Below, piece by piece: positions 10,088 through 19,598 of a stretch of 47,149 nucleotides of DNA. The translations under genes and the position numbers were made by a program. The stretch is from Prasinococcaceae sp. CCMP 1430 (lineage: Eukaryota; Plantae; Prasinodermophyta): positions 165,249 to 212,397 of the forward strand of contig RQSC01000012.1 in the NCBI GenBank assembly GCA_013416795.1, given 5' to 3'. The notes beneath the pieces were generated by a model that saw only the letters and a list, made by a program, of their open reading frames with translations, was not told the DNA's origin and did not search any database. Position 1 is the stretch's first letter; every line of letters begins with the position of its first letter.

Positions 10088-12121
10088 ATGTGTATGCTGA
10101 ATCACCGGGGATCTTCGGACGAGCGAAACCCCGGAGTGCAGATGTGTATACGGGGTCAGCGCTGGAATCGCGATGAGGGAGGCCGCCACGACGAATTTGC
10201 TTTGCTTTGCTTTCCCCCCATCAAAAGACACGAACGAACGGCCGCGCGACCACACCTCGCGCCGCCGGCAGACGCGCTGGCGAGGCCGGGGGGGGGGGGG
10301 GACGGCGCGGCGCCGGGGCTGGGCGCACGCGTTGCCATCGACGCGTCCGCGCTCTCGGACGAGGCCGCCGGCTTCGACGCAGCGAGGGTGCTGCTCGGGG
10401 GACTGCTCGCGGACGCAGGCATCGACGCGCCCGTCACGGGCGCCAGCGGCCTGCGCGGCCTGCGCAGGAGACGGCGAGCGCCGCCGTCGGCCGCCTACTC
10501 CAAGCCAGTTGAACTGGAAGGGGGTACTGGAGAAGAGCCGCGGCCGCCGCTGTCCTCTCCCGTGGCGCCGAGCCCGCCGCGAGCGCCGCGCCCGCCGAGC
10601 AGCCGGGGCGCTCGGCCTCATCCCACAAGCCGTGGCAGCCTCGGGAGCGCCCGTGCTACGCGCGCATCGCTCTCGCCCGCTGCGTCCAAGGAAGCCATCA
10701 CAGCGGCTCATCGGCGGCGGGGCCTCGGCAGCCTGGCGGTCCTCCCCCCACACATCCTCGAGCGCGTGCTCTCGAGCCTGCTCCCCCGCAGCCTCACGTG
10801 CGTGGGCTGTGCGTCGCCTGCGCTGCGCGCGGTGGTGCACGACGAGGCGCTCTGGCGTCAGGCGGCGCTCCGCCGCGCGCACTCCGGGATGGCGCCGCCT
10901 TGCACGCGCTACGCGCTCGACGGTTCCGCGCCCGATGTGTGCGTCATCCCCTTCGACTGCAGCACGCTGAGCTGGCGGGTTTGTATGGGTGTGGGAAAGG
11001 GCGCGGGCTTGGGTGCCGGCGGTGCCGACGAGCTTGCGTGCCAGTCGAAGGTGCCCCCCGCTTCGCCCGAGCTGCTGCTCGCCCTGCCTCTGGTGGCGCA
11101 ACGCCGCAGGCTGCGCAGCATTAGCCTTTCGGCGTTGTCGGTGCTGCCAGAGGACGCGCGCGAGGTGCTGCGCCTCGACAGCGGCACCACAAGCGACAAG
11201 TTCGCGCGCGAATGCGACTCCCTGCAGGCGCCAGCGGTGCTCAAGGGCGCGGCCAATATGTGGCCGCTCTGCGGCGTCGAGGCCTCGCAGCTGTGCGAGG
11301 CCTTTCCCGGCGCGCCACTTCGCACGACCGAGGGCGGGCTCTGTATGACAGGCGAGTGCTTCGGCGCGTATCTGAAAGCTAATGAAGGCCTCGAGGCGCT
11401 CGATGCGGAGCCGCTCTGCGTCTGCGATCCGGAACTTGGTGGTGCTCCCATCGCGCCGGAAATCGAGGCCGGCTACGCCGTGCCCAACGCCATTGCTGGC
11501 GGGTGCGTGGGCGGTGATCTGATGGAAGTAGGCAACGTCTTGTGCGGCGACAGGCGGCCCGCGAACAGGTGGCTTCTAGCGGCCCCACCTCGGGCAGGCT
11601 GGCGTTGGCACGCTGGTCCTGCGCTCACGTGCGCGTGGCACGCGCTTGCGTCCGGGAGGCAGCGTTGGGCGCTCTATCCTCCCGGCCAGCTTCCGGAGGG
11701 GGCCGGTGCCGTCTCCGCGGCCAAGGACAACGAGAGCAAGGCTGGAACGGACGACCCTTCAGCGCTCGAGTGGTTTACCCGTGTGTATCCTTCATTGGTG
11801 CCGCATGAGAGACCGCTCGAGTGCGTGCTGGAAGCGGGAGACGTCATATGGTTGCCGGCTGGGTGGTGGCACTGCGCGCTCAACATTGAAGAGACTCTGG
11901 CGGTGCGACACAGCTTGGTCACGGAGGCCAGCCTGATCGCTGCTCAGCGGCAAAGCGTGCGGTATTCATCGGACGAATCGCCTGTGGCCGGCAAGGCGAG
12001 TGGGACGCACCGCTCCGAAAGCTTGTGCGGCCTAGGCGGCGACGCACAGGCGGCTTGGGCTGCAGCAGTGCGCGAGCACCGCCCCCACCTCAGCGGCGCT
12101 ATGGAGGCGCTCGGGCTGTAA
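10088..12121 (+). CDS. F-box plus JmjC/cupin_8 (JMJD6-like) protein; true start uncertain
   Basis: F-box LAVLPPHILERVLSSL...DEALWRQ. JmjC blocks RWLLAAPPRAGWRWHAGPALTCAWHAL.SGRQRWALYPP and ECVLEAGDVIWLPAGWWHCALN. Confidence 0.85.
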   Translation: MCMLNHRGSSDERNPGVQMCIRGQRWNRDEGGRHDEFALLCFPPIKRHERTAARPHLAPPADALARPGGGGDGAAPGLGARVAIDASALSDEAAGFDAARVLLGGLLADAGIDAPVTGASGLRGLRRRRRAPPSAAYSKPVELEGGTGEEPRPPLSSPVAPSPPRAPRPPSSRGARPHPTSRGSLGSARATRASLSPAASKEAITAAHRRRGLGSLAVLPPHILERVLSSLLPRSLTCVGCASPALRAVVHDEALWRQAALRRAHSGMAPPCTRYALDGSAPDVCVIPFDCSTLSWRVCMGVGKGAGLGAGGADELACQSKVPPASPELLLALPLVAQRRRLRSISLSALSVLPEDAREVLRLDSGTTSDKFARECDSLQAPAVLKGAANMWPLCGVEASQLCEAFPGAPLRTTEGGLCMTGECFGAYLKANEGLEALDAEPLCVCDPELGGAPIAPEIEAGYAVPNAIAGGCVGGDLMEVGNVLCGDRRPANRWLLAAPPRAGWRWHAGPALTCAWHALASGRQRWALYPPGQLPEGAGAVSAAKDNESKAGTDDPSALEWFTRVYPSLVPHERPLECVLEAGDVIWLPAGWWHCALNIEETLAVRHSLVTEASLIAAQRQSVRYSSDESPVAGKASGTHRSESLCGLGGDAQAAWAAAVREHRPHLSGAMEALGL

Positions 12122-12421
12122 GTGCGTCTCGCGCGCAACCGACAGGTGTACAGAATCTCGTCTCACAAATCAACAGTCGCTACAGCGACGCGCTGAAGCG
12201 CGCGCGCAGGCGCTGACACTCTCGTCCGCTGTGGGAAGCAGAGAGAGCGGGAGCGGGCCCCGGTGCTTGCTCTGAGGGTGCCGAGTAGAGGTAGGCGAGC
12301 GTCAGCTCCGTTTATTGAAGCGGACGAGGGGTAGCAGCTGTTAGTCGATGCGGGTGCCAGACACTCCTGCGCTGCACCGTCGCCAGCGTCTCCAGGATGA
12401 GCTCATTTCTCCCCCCTCGGC

Positions 12422-13538
12422 CTACTCCGCCTTCGCACCCCCGGCCCTGGCTTTCGGCCGGCGCTTCTTTAGGCGCCCCGATGCGCCCGCCCCGCCCTGC
12501 ACCGCACCCGTGTCACGCTCGTCCTTCGCATGGCCGTCGTCGTCCTCGTAGTCCTCATCTTCGTCGCCATAAACAACCTGAAGGATGCGCGCGCAAGTCT
12601 GAGTCAGCGGCGCGGCGTAGGCGCGCTTGGGCTGCTGTGCAGAGTGGCACGCCCGCGCGTCGGGGGCACGCGCAAAAATGCACCCACAGCACGAACCTCG
12701 GTAACCAGGTCACCGATGTAGTTGATGGTCTCGTTCACCGCGTCGTTGAAAGAGTTCACCTTTGACCGCAGGTCTGCGCTCATCGTGTCGAGCCAGTGGT
12801 CGGACGTCTCGCCCGGGGCCTCGCTGCCCCCAGTGAAGAAGCCGAACCCTGGGAGGATCGGATGCGCCGGCGCCGAGCGCAGGGCGGGCGGGCGTGGCGT
12901 GCCAGCGTGAGGAAGTTGGCGTCAGCGCGTTTGCGTGCGGGTCACAGGCACAGTTTGAACCCCGCTCATCCCAGCGCGCAGCGCGGCAGCGCCTGCGGCA
13001 GCAGCAGTGAGCGCCATCCTGCCTCTGCGCGCGCGCCGGCGCGCACACCCTCCTTCGCTGGCGCGCTCGCAAAAACACGTCCTGCACGGACGCACAAAAG
13101 CGCCACCTCGACTGCTGGGCCGCCTGCGAGACGGCACGTCGCGGCCGCCACTTTCTCCCCTTTCTCGCCTCTCAACTTCCGTGCGCTGCAGCGTGCGCCT
13201 GCCGCGCAAGCCGCCCAGGCGCCCGTCCTCAACAGCTGCACGGGGGGAGTGTGTGTGTAGAGGGGGGGGGCTGAAGAAAAAGCACGCGCGGCAGGCGCAC
13301 CGGCGGCGCGCAACGCACAGTCGTCGTCGTCCTCCTCCTCTCTTCCCCCGCCGCCATTTGCCCTGCCGCTGCCTCCCACCCCGCCCTGGTTCTCCCTGGC
13401 CGCCTTGTTCCCCTTTTGCAGCGCCAGCAGGTTCTCGATCGTGCGCTCCATGTTCTCGTCGTTGGCCTCGTACAGGCTCGCGATCACCGAGCGCTCGATG
13501 TCGGGAAACATGCCGACGAGCGTCTGCACGCCCGACAT
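12422..13538 (-). CDS. Small CUE-domain (ubiquitin-binding) protein; exons 13538-13319, 12848-12697, 12577-12422
   Basis: LVGMFPDIERSVIASLYEANDENMERTIENLL matches the CUE pattern (MFP ... LL). The GT-AG junctions keep frame (DDDD-W-FGFF; LVTE-VVYG). The tail is acidic then basic and ends at TAG 12424-12422. Confidence 0.75.
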
Positions 13539-14520
13539 GGCGGCGGCGCGCCCGCGGCGCGCGCGGCGGCCGTGCGCGTGGTGTCGCGCTCTCGCGTGCC
13601 GGGGCGCCCGCGGAGCAACGCCCCCTGCTCGCGGTGTTGCGGCCCCCAGCTGCGCCGCCCCCTTTCCCCCGCGCTCCCCCGAGCTGCTGATCGCCAAACC
13701 CGGGCGGCAGCGGGGGCGCGCGCGGCGCGGCGCGCGAAAACGACGCGTGTCCAGTCATTTCCTGGACCGCGGCGCGCGGCGCCCCGCCAACACCCCCCCC
13801 CGCCGCGCGCGGCCTGGGGTATTTACTAGTCTACTAGTGAAGCCAAAAGCTGCCAGCCTTTCGCTGCGCGGGCGGGCGCGCGCACAGCGTGTGATGGATG
13901 GGACGGTGCTGTTGACAATCAATTGTTCGCAGCTGCCATCAGTCAGCAGGGCCCTCGTCGGAACCCAAATCATTTTCTTTTTTTTTTCTCACCCCGCCCC
14001 TCCCCCGAATTGAGTGCGGCGCACCTCGCGGGTTCGCGTCGGCCAAATGGGCGCCCGACCGGAAGGGCGCGCGGCGCGCGCGCATGCGGCGCGATGGCCC
14101 GCGCGATGGCATCGCGGGCGATTGGCGGGGCGCGAAAAGCGCATCGCTCGCGCCGAAAACGCGCGCCGAATCCAAATAAATCTAAAAAACGAGTACAGAT
14201 TTTCCCGCACGCGAAATGCTCCTTCGGCGGCGCCGCGCGAGGTCGGCGCGCAGGCGACTCGCGCGGGGACCCGAGAGAGAGAGGGACTTCCGTTTTTTTT
14301 TTTTGCGCGCGCCGCGGCGATGCGAGGGCGGGCGTGCAGGCAGGCTGGGATGAACGGGGGCACAGGGCAGGGGAGGACGCGCGCGCGGCGCCGCCCCCCG
14401 GGGCGGGGACGGGGGCAGACCTCGATACGCTCGTTTCCTCAACCTCTCGCGCGCCCCGCGCGCACGCGCGCCGCCGCTCGCACCCTCCCTCCTGCGGGCG
14501 CCCGCGCGTTTCGGAGGGAG

Positions 14521-17184
14521 ATGGCAGCGGCCGCTGCGGAGACGCTCGGCACCGCCGAGGCGCCCGCGGCGCCCGCACCGGGGACGGGCGGGGATGCGGC
14601 GAAGGGAGGGCAGCCCCAAGAGGTGGGGGCGATCGGTGGCGAGGCGCAGGCGCCGAATGCCGCGGGTGGGGCGCCTGCCGCGGACGCTGCGGGTGGCGCC
14701 GGCGAGGGCGGCGAGCAGAGCCCGCGCCCAGCCGAGGACGGGGGCGGCGCGCAGCGCGCAGCAGCTAACGGTAGCGCCGGCGGAGAGCACCCCGCGGCGC
14801 AGACGGGATCTGGCGAGGCGAAAGGTCCTGGCGTGCCCCTGCCGTGGCCCCTGCTGCGCTCGGGCGGAGGCGGAGGTGGAGAAAAGGCCACCGTGAGCAG
14901 GGCGGCGCTCGCGGTGTTTGCGGAGGGCGATGCAAAATGCGTCCCAGGTGCGGGGCGGACCAGCAACGGCGGCGTAGCAGCCGGGAGCCATCACGGCTGC
15001 AGCAACGGCAAGTTGGCGCACCGGGACGGCCCGGTCTTGGGTGATGGCAGCGACGGCGCGGTCAAAGGCGTGGGCGGCGCCGGCGAGGCCGCCACGGCAC
15101 CCGCGGAGGGGACCAAGGGCCCGGTCGTGTGGGGGGCGCTGCTTGAGGCGGGCGAGGAGGCGAAGATGCTTGCGTCAATGGCGTCCGACGCCGCCAAGAA
15201 AGTCGAGCTCGAGGTCGCCCATGCGAGCGAAGCGAACTTCATGGAGGCGGAGCTGATGCCAGTCCTCGGGCAGTCCCCGCTGTCGGAGCGTCTCGACCTG
15301 GTCGTTTGCGGCGACAGCCAGAGAGTGGTGTTGCGGAGCTGCTTCTCGGCCCATTACGCCCAATGCGAGGCATACCGGCGCGATGCCAGCGCCGCCGCGA
15401 AGCATGCCGAGGGTGCATTGGCTGCGGCGGCTGCGCTCGGAGAGCGCGAGCGTGCGCAGGGCCGCAAGAGTGACCTGGCACAAAAGCGTGGCACCACGCC
15501 CGAGACCGCTGCAGCGGGTGGCAGCAGCAATGGCGACTTTGTCCTTCCCACGCGCGGGGAGTGGCTGCAGGCAATCGACGGTCTTCGAGGGCGGTACTTG
15601 GATGAAGGCAACGGGCTCACGAGCGGCGCTGTTAAGAGGAAGCGCTCGCAAGCGCCGCGGGAGAAGTCACGCCGGAAACGCACAGACGCTATCCTCGCAG
15701 ACATGGGCCGGCAGATTGGGGAGCGTGAGGACGGGGGCGGCGACGCAGGGGCTGGCGGCGGTGGTAGCGGCAGCTCGCAGCGCTCGGAGCTCGATGCCCT
15801 TCTTTCGGCGTACCGAAGCTGCATTCGCCCATCGGCGGGCCGGAGCGGCGGAGCCAAATCACAGCAGGACCACCTCTTCTCGTACCCGACGCAGGAAGAC
15901 TTCGAGGACACCACGCCGCAGACAAGCGGCGGCAGCGTGGACCTTACGCGGGTGCAGAGTGGACTCATGGAGCCCTTCCGCGTCGCGCCGATCGCGACGC
16001 CGAAAGCCTCGTGGCGGAACGCACGGTTTCTGTCGTTCCTTCTTGGATACTTTCCCGGGCTCGAGCAGGCGCAGCTGGCTTTGCAGCAACAGAGGCAGCA
16101 GATGCAGCTTCGGCAAGCTCACGCGCAGGCACAGGCGCAGGCGATGGGTTTGACTCCAGCACAGCAACAACAGCTGGCCCAGACCCAACAGCGGCAGCGA
16201 CAGCAGCAGCAACAGTCCATGACGCAGCAGCAGCAGCCATCCCCTTCACTGCAGCAGCAGCGGCAGCAAGCTGGCACTCAGCAGCCGATGGTATCGGCCC
16301 CGATGACGCAACAGTCCATGGTGCAGGCGGCGATGGAGCAGGCTGCCGCAATGGGACAGCTGCCCATCGGCCAACAGCAGCAGCAGGCACAGCAGCAGCA
16401 GCAGCGGCGGCAGCAATCGCTCGGGCAACAACAGCAGCTTCAGCAGCAGCAGCAGCAGCAGTTGCAGCAGCTCCAGCAGCTCCAGCAGCAGCAGCAGCAG
16501 CAGCAGCGCCAGCCCATGCAGCAAGTTCAGTTGCACCAGCTGACTCCTGCACAGCAGCAGCGACTCCTGCAGCGTATGCAAGCGCAAGGGCTCACCCCAG
16601 CGCAACAAGCGCAGATGCAAGAGCGCATTCGGCGGGCGCAGGAGGCGCGGGCTGCGATGAACCCTTTGCACCGAACCCAGCAAAGCCAGCTTTCACAGAT
16701 GACTCCCGCGCAGCAGCAACAGCTGTTGCAGCAGCAGATGCAGCAGCGTGGCCTGACTCCAGCGCAACAGGCGCACTTTCAGCAGCGTCTGGCGCAGCAG
16801 CAGCAGGCAAGGGCACAGGCACAGGCTCAGGCCCAGCAGCAGCAGGCCCAACAGCAGCAAAAGGGCCAACAGCAGCAGCAGCAGGCCTCGCAGCAGCATC
16901 CTCAGACGCAGGCGCACCAGCAGCAGCAGCAGGCCCTGCAAAAGCAGGCTACCACTTCAAATGCGCGGCCGGAGGGGCACATGCCTATCAGCTCTGGGGC
17001 TATGGCGCAACAGGTGCACCACGCAATCGCACAGGCGCAGGCGCAGGCAATGCAGGCACAGGCAATGCAAGCGCGTGCGCAGGCACGCGCAGGCCAGCAG
17101 CCACAGCAGACGCAGCAGGGCCAACAAGTTCCACCGCAGCAGCAGCCGGCGCAAATGTGGCAGCAGCAACCGCAGAGCAATTAG
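14521..17184 (+). CDS. Uncharacterised protein with an Ala/Gly-rich N-terminus, a central helical region and a very long Gln-rich C-terminus; putative transcriptional co-regulator
   Basis: Long open frame from ATG 14521, CAG/CAA-rich 3' third, TGTAA downstream. No family recognised. Confidence 0.7.
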   Translation: MAAAAAETLGTAEAPAAPAPGTGGDAAKGGQPQEVGAIGGEAQAPNAAGGAPAADAAGGAGEGGEQSPRPAEDGGGAQRAAANGSAGGEHPAAQTGSGEAKGPGVPLPWPLLRSGGGGGGEKATVSRAALAVFAEGDAKCVPGAGRTSNGGVAAGSHHGCSNGKLAHRDGPVLGDGSDGAVKGVGGAGEAATAPAEGTKGPVVWGALLEAGEEAKMLASMASDAAKKVELEVAHASEANFMEAELMPVLGQSPLSERLDLVVCGDSQRVVLRSCFSAHYAQCEAYRRDASAAAKHAEGALAAAAALGERERAQGRKSDLAQKRGTTPETAAAGGSSNGDFVLPTRGEWLQAIDGLRGRYLDEGNGLTSGAVKRKRSQAPREKSRRKRTDAILADMGRQIGEREDGGGDAGAGGGGSGSSQRSELDALLSAYRSCIRPSAGRSGGAKSQQDHLFSYPTQEDFEDTTPQTSGGSVDLTRVQSGLMEPFRVAPIATPKASWRNARFLSFLLGYFPGLEQAQLALQQQRQQMQLRQAHAQAQAQAMGLTPAQQQQLAQTQQRQRQQQQQSMTQQQQPSPSLQQQRQQAGTQQPMVSAPMTQQSMVQAAMEQAAAMGQLPIGQQQQQAQQQQQRRQQSLGQQQQLQQQQQQQLQQLQQLQQQQQQQQRQPMQQVQLHQLTPAQQQRLLQRMQAQGLTPAQQAQMQERIRRAQEARAAMNPLHRTQQSQLSQMTPAQQQQLLQQQMQQRGLTPAQQAHFQQRLAQQQQARAQAQAQAQQQQAQQQQKGQQQQQQASQQHPQTQAHQQQQQALQKQATTSNARPEGHMPISSGAMAQQVHHAIAQAQAQAMQAQAMQARAQARAGQQPQQTQQGQQVPPQQQPAQMWQQQPQSN

Positions 17185-17397
17185 AGCTCGTACGAGCTGA
17201 TTGCAACGCTCCCCCGATTGCAAGGCGTGCGCGCCAAGCGCAGCTGGAGGGTGACGCGATCCCCCTCACGTTTGGTGCGTCGAGTAACAGAACGGCACCA
17301 GCCACCATTGATGACCGTTGTAAGGAGATAGAAGGCCAGCTAGCTAACTAATTTTTAGAGAGAATGGAAACCACTCATCAATGTGTTTACGGCCTGG

Positions 17398-19223
17398 CTA
17401 GCGAGCTACTGCGTCGACACAATCGGCCAGCGGATTTAACAATGTCTCCCGCTCGCTTGGCGCGATACCCAGCTCAGGGTCGTCGTCGCGGAAATAAGAG
17501 ATGGCATCCTCGAAGTCGTCGCCGTCATCGCCACTGCCTGCATCGCCGCCGTCTGCCGAGACGGTCGACACCATCGTCGCGGTGAAGAGCGAGGCCAGCG
17601 CGACCTTTCTGAGCGTACGCGCCTTCCAAACCTGCGCTTCCTCGCTTCGCGGTCGACCGAGCCCGCAGCAGCACCAATGAACCAAGAATCCGTACGTTGG
17701 CCGGTGCCACAGCGTGTCTGCCCTCTGCAGAATGGCCCGCCCTTGAGCCCCGCTGCCGTCGCCGCCCCGGCACAAGTCCTTCAGCAGCGAGTTCACCTCG
17801 ACCGCGTTCTCGCGGCAGCAAAAATGAGCGCCTGATTCGCCGGCGCGCAGGCGCGCCATGTCGTCGCCGTGCAAGTGCACAGGTCAGTCATATGCATCCA
17901 TGCACGTTTGCGCGCGCACCAACACACAAAGCGTCACGCTACGCGCGATCTGGTGCTGAAACGCCATTGCCGCACCTGAGAGAGCGACGAACTTTGCACG
18001 CTTGCCCAGCCTGTGCGCCAGCGCTCTGCCGGCAGCCTCGACGGCCAGCTGATCTTGCACGCCGTGCACCACGAGGATGGGGTACGACGCTTTATGGATC
18101 GCGCGCAACTGCATCGTTGATACGCGGTGCGAAAGCAGATGTGCAATGTCACGCGGACACAGTCAGCACATAGAATTGCACCATTCGTGCGCGCGCGAGA
18201 GAGGCACAGTGCTCGCACCTCGCGCCTGGACATCCTGTGACTGTGCACTGCGTGAAGCTGCCCCTCGAGACCTGCCTGGCATTGCTCGCCGCCGTTCGCA
18301 GATGCCTCTATGTACTCCTCTCGGAGGAGCGACTGCCGGCTCGGGGAAAGCGGCTTTGGCGCCTCTTCGTTCGCTGGCGAATCCGCGTCAGCATGCGGTC
18401 CAGCTCTGCGGTCGTTTGCACCGCCATCATCGCCATCTTCGTGCATCACCTCGTCAGGGTGGTCTACTCGGTGCGTCAGCCAATCGTCAGTGTAGTGTAT
18501 CCACAAATCGAACTTTGCGCGTGCTTTGCGCGCGGGCATAAGCGAGTAGCGCATCATCTTCCCCGCTGCGCCAAGCAGAAAGTCCAGCGGAGGTAAAAAG
18601 AAAGCGGACCCACCGCCGAGGCTGCTAGAGATCGGCATGAGAGATGCCACACGCTCAGCGCCGAGAAGTGCGGCCACCTTGCACGCAATCATGCCTCCCA
18701 TCGAATGGCCCACGATGTGGATTCGCTCGCCGGGTGCATCCCAGCCGGCCGCAGCGAGTGCTGCAATCGCATCCCTCGCCATGAACTCCGTCGAGTAGTC
18801 GCTGGCGCGTGAGGGCGATCCAGAGCGCCCGATGCCGCGATTATCAACAGCAATGCACTGCCGTGCGCTGCTACTGCCGTCGAAGAGCGTGAACTGCGGC
18901 GCCCAGGCCCTGCTGGCCGCGGCGACGCCCATGATGAGCAACACGCGCGCCGGCCGGCTGCGCGTCGCGCCAGTGACCCGAGTGCCTTCGCTTTCGCATT
19001 CTTCGCTTCCACCGTCGGCTCCACCACCGCCGTGCTGTGGTGCAGGTCCGCTCCCGCCGTTCAACGGCCCGCCTGCGTGTGCGTCCCCACCTCCATCGCC
19101 GCCGCCACCACCATTGTCATCCTCCCCGTGCACTTCATAGTAGATCTCGATCGTATCGCTGCCAGCGTCGCCGGCGCCGTCCGCGGCGGCATGCCAGTTG
19201 CGCGGCACGCGTACGAATGGCAT
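17398..19223 (-). CDS. Alpha/beta-fold hydrolase; exons 19223-18219, 18108-17976, 17831-17398
   Basis: LLIMG oxyanion region, DNRGIGRS, nucleophile GHSMGG, acid in VVHGVQD, and catalytic His in SG|AHFCCRE after splicing. Both introns are GT-AG and frame-preserving. Confidence 0.88.
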
Positions 19224-19598
19224 CAGAGCCCGCAAACGAATGGGGTGGGTGGTCGCGATGGGCACGGTTGAGTGGGGAGAGCGAGCACCCGCGGCACCCT
19301 GCCAGCCCGCGGCGCTCGGGGCGCGCCTGACGCGCCGCGTGTGGCAGCAGCTGGTTGCGCGAGATGTGCTGCAACACCCCGGCCCCGACTTTTTTTTTTT
19401 TTTTTACTCGTTCGGCACAGGTTCTGTACCCTGGCTTGCTTCAGGGTACGTTCGCGGCTCCAGGGGCGGTGGGCCACACAGCGCATCCCCTTCTCCACCC
19501 CCCACCTCACCCCGCGCGCGCGCCTTCCCTCGCCTTACACGCACTCGCTCGTTGCGCTGCGCCCTCGCCGCCCTCGAGGCGCGCGAGAGGCGGGCGCG

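Noticed and set aside
13821-13840. ACTAGT-CT-ACTAGT tandem palindrome, and a similar CTAG cluster at 27626-27641
   Set aside because: It is too short to distinguish from chance or simple repeat expansion, and has no associated element.
17832-17975. Alpha/beta hydrolase apparently lacking its catalytic His (SGAAMAFQHQ in the unspliced frame)
   Set aside because: A GT-AG intron at 17975-17832 restores SG|AHFCCRE, so the Ser-Asp-His triad is intact.
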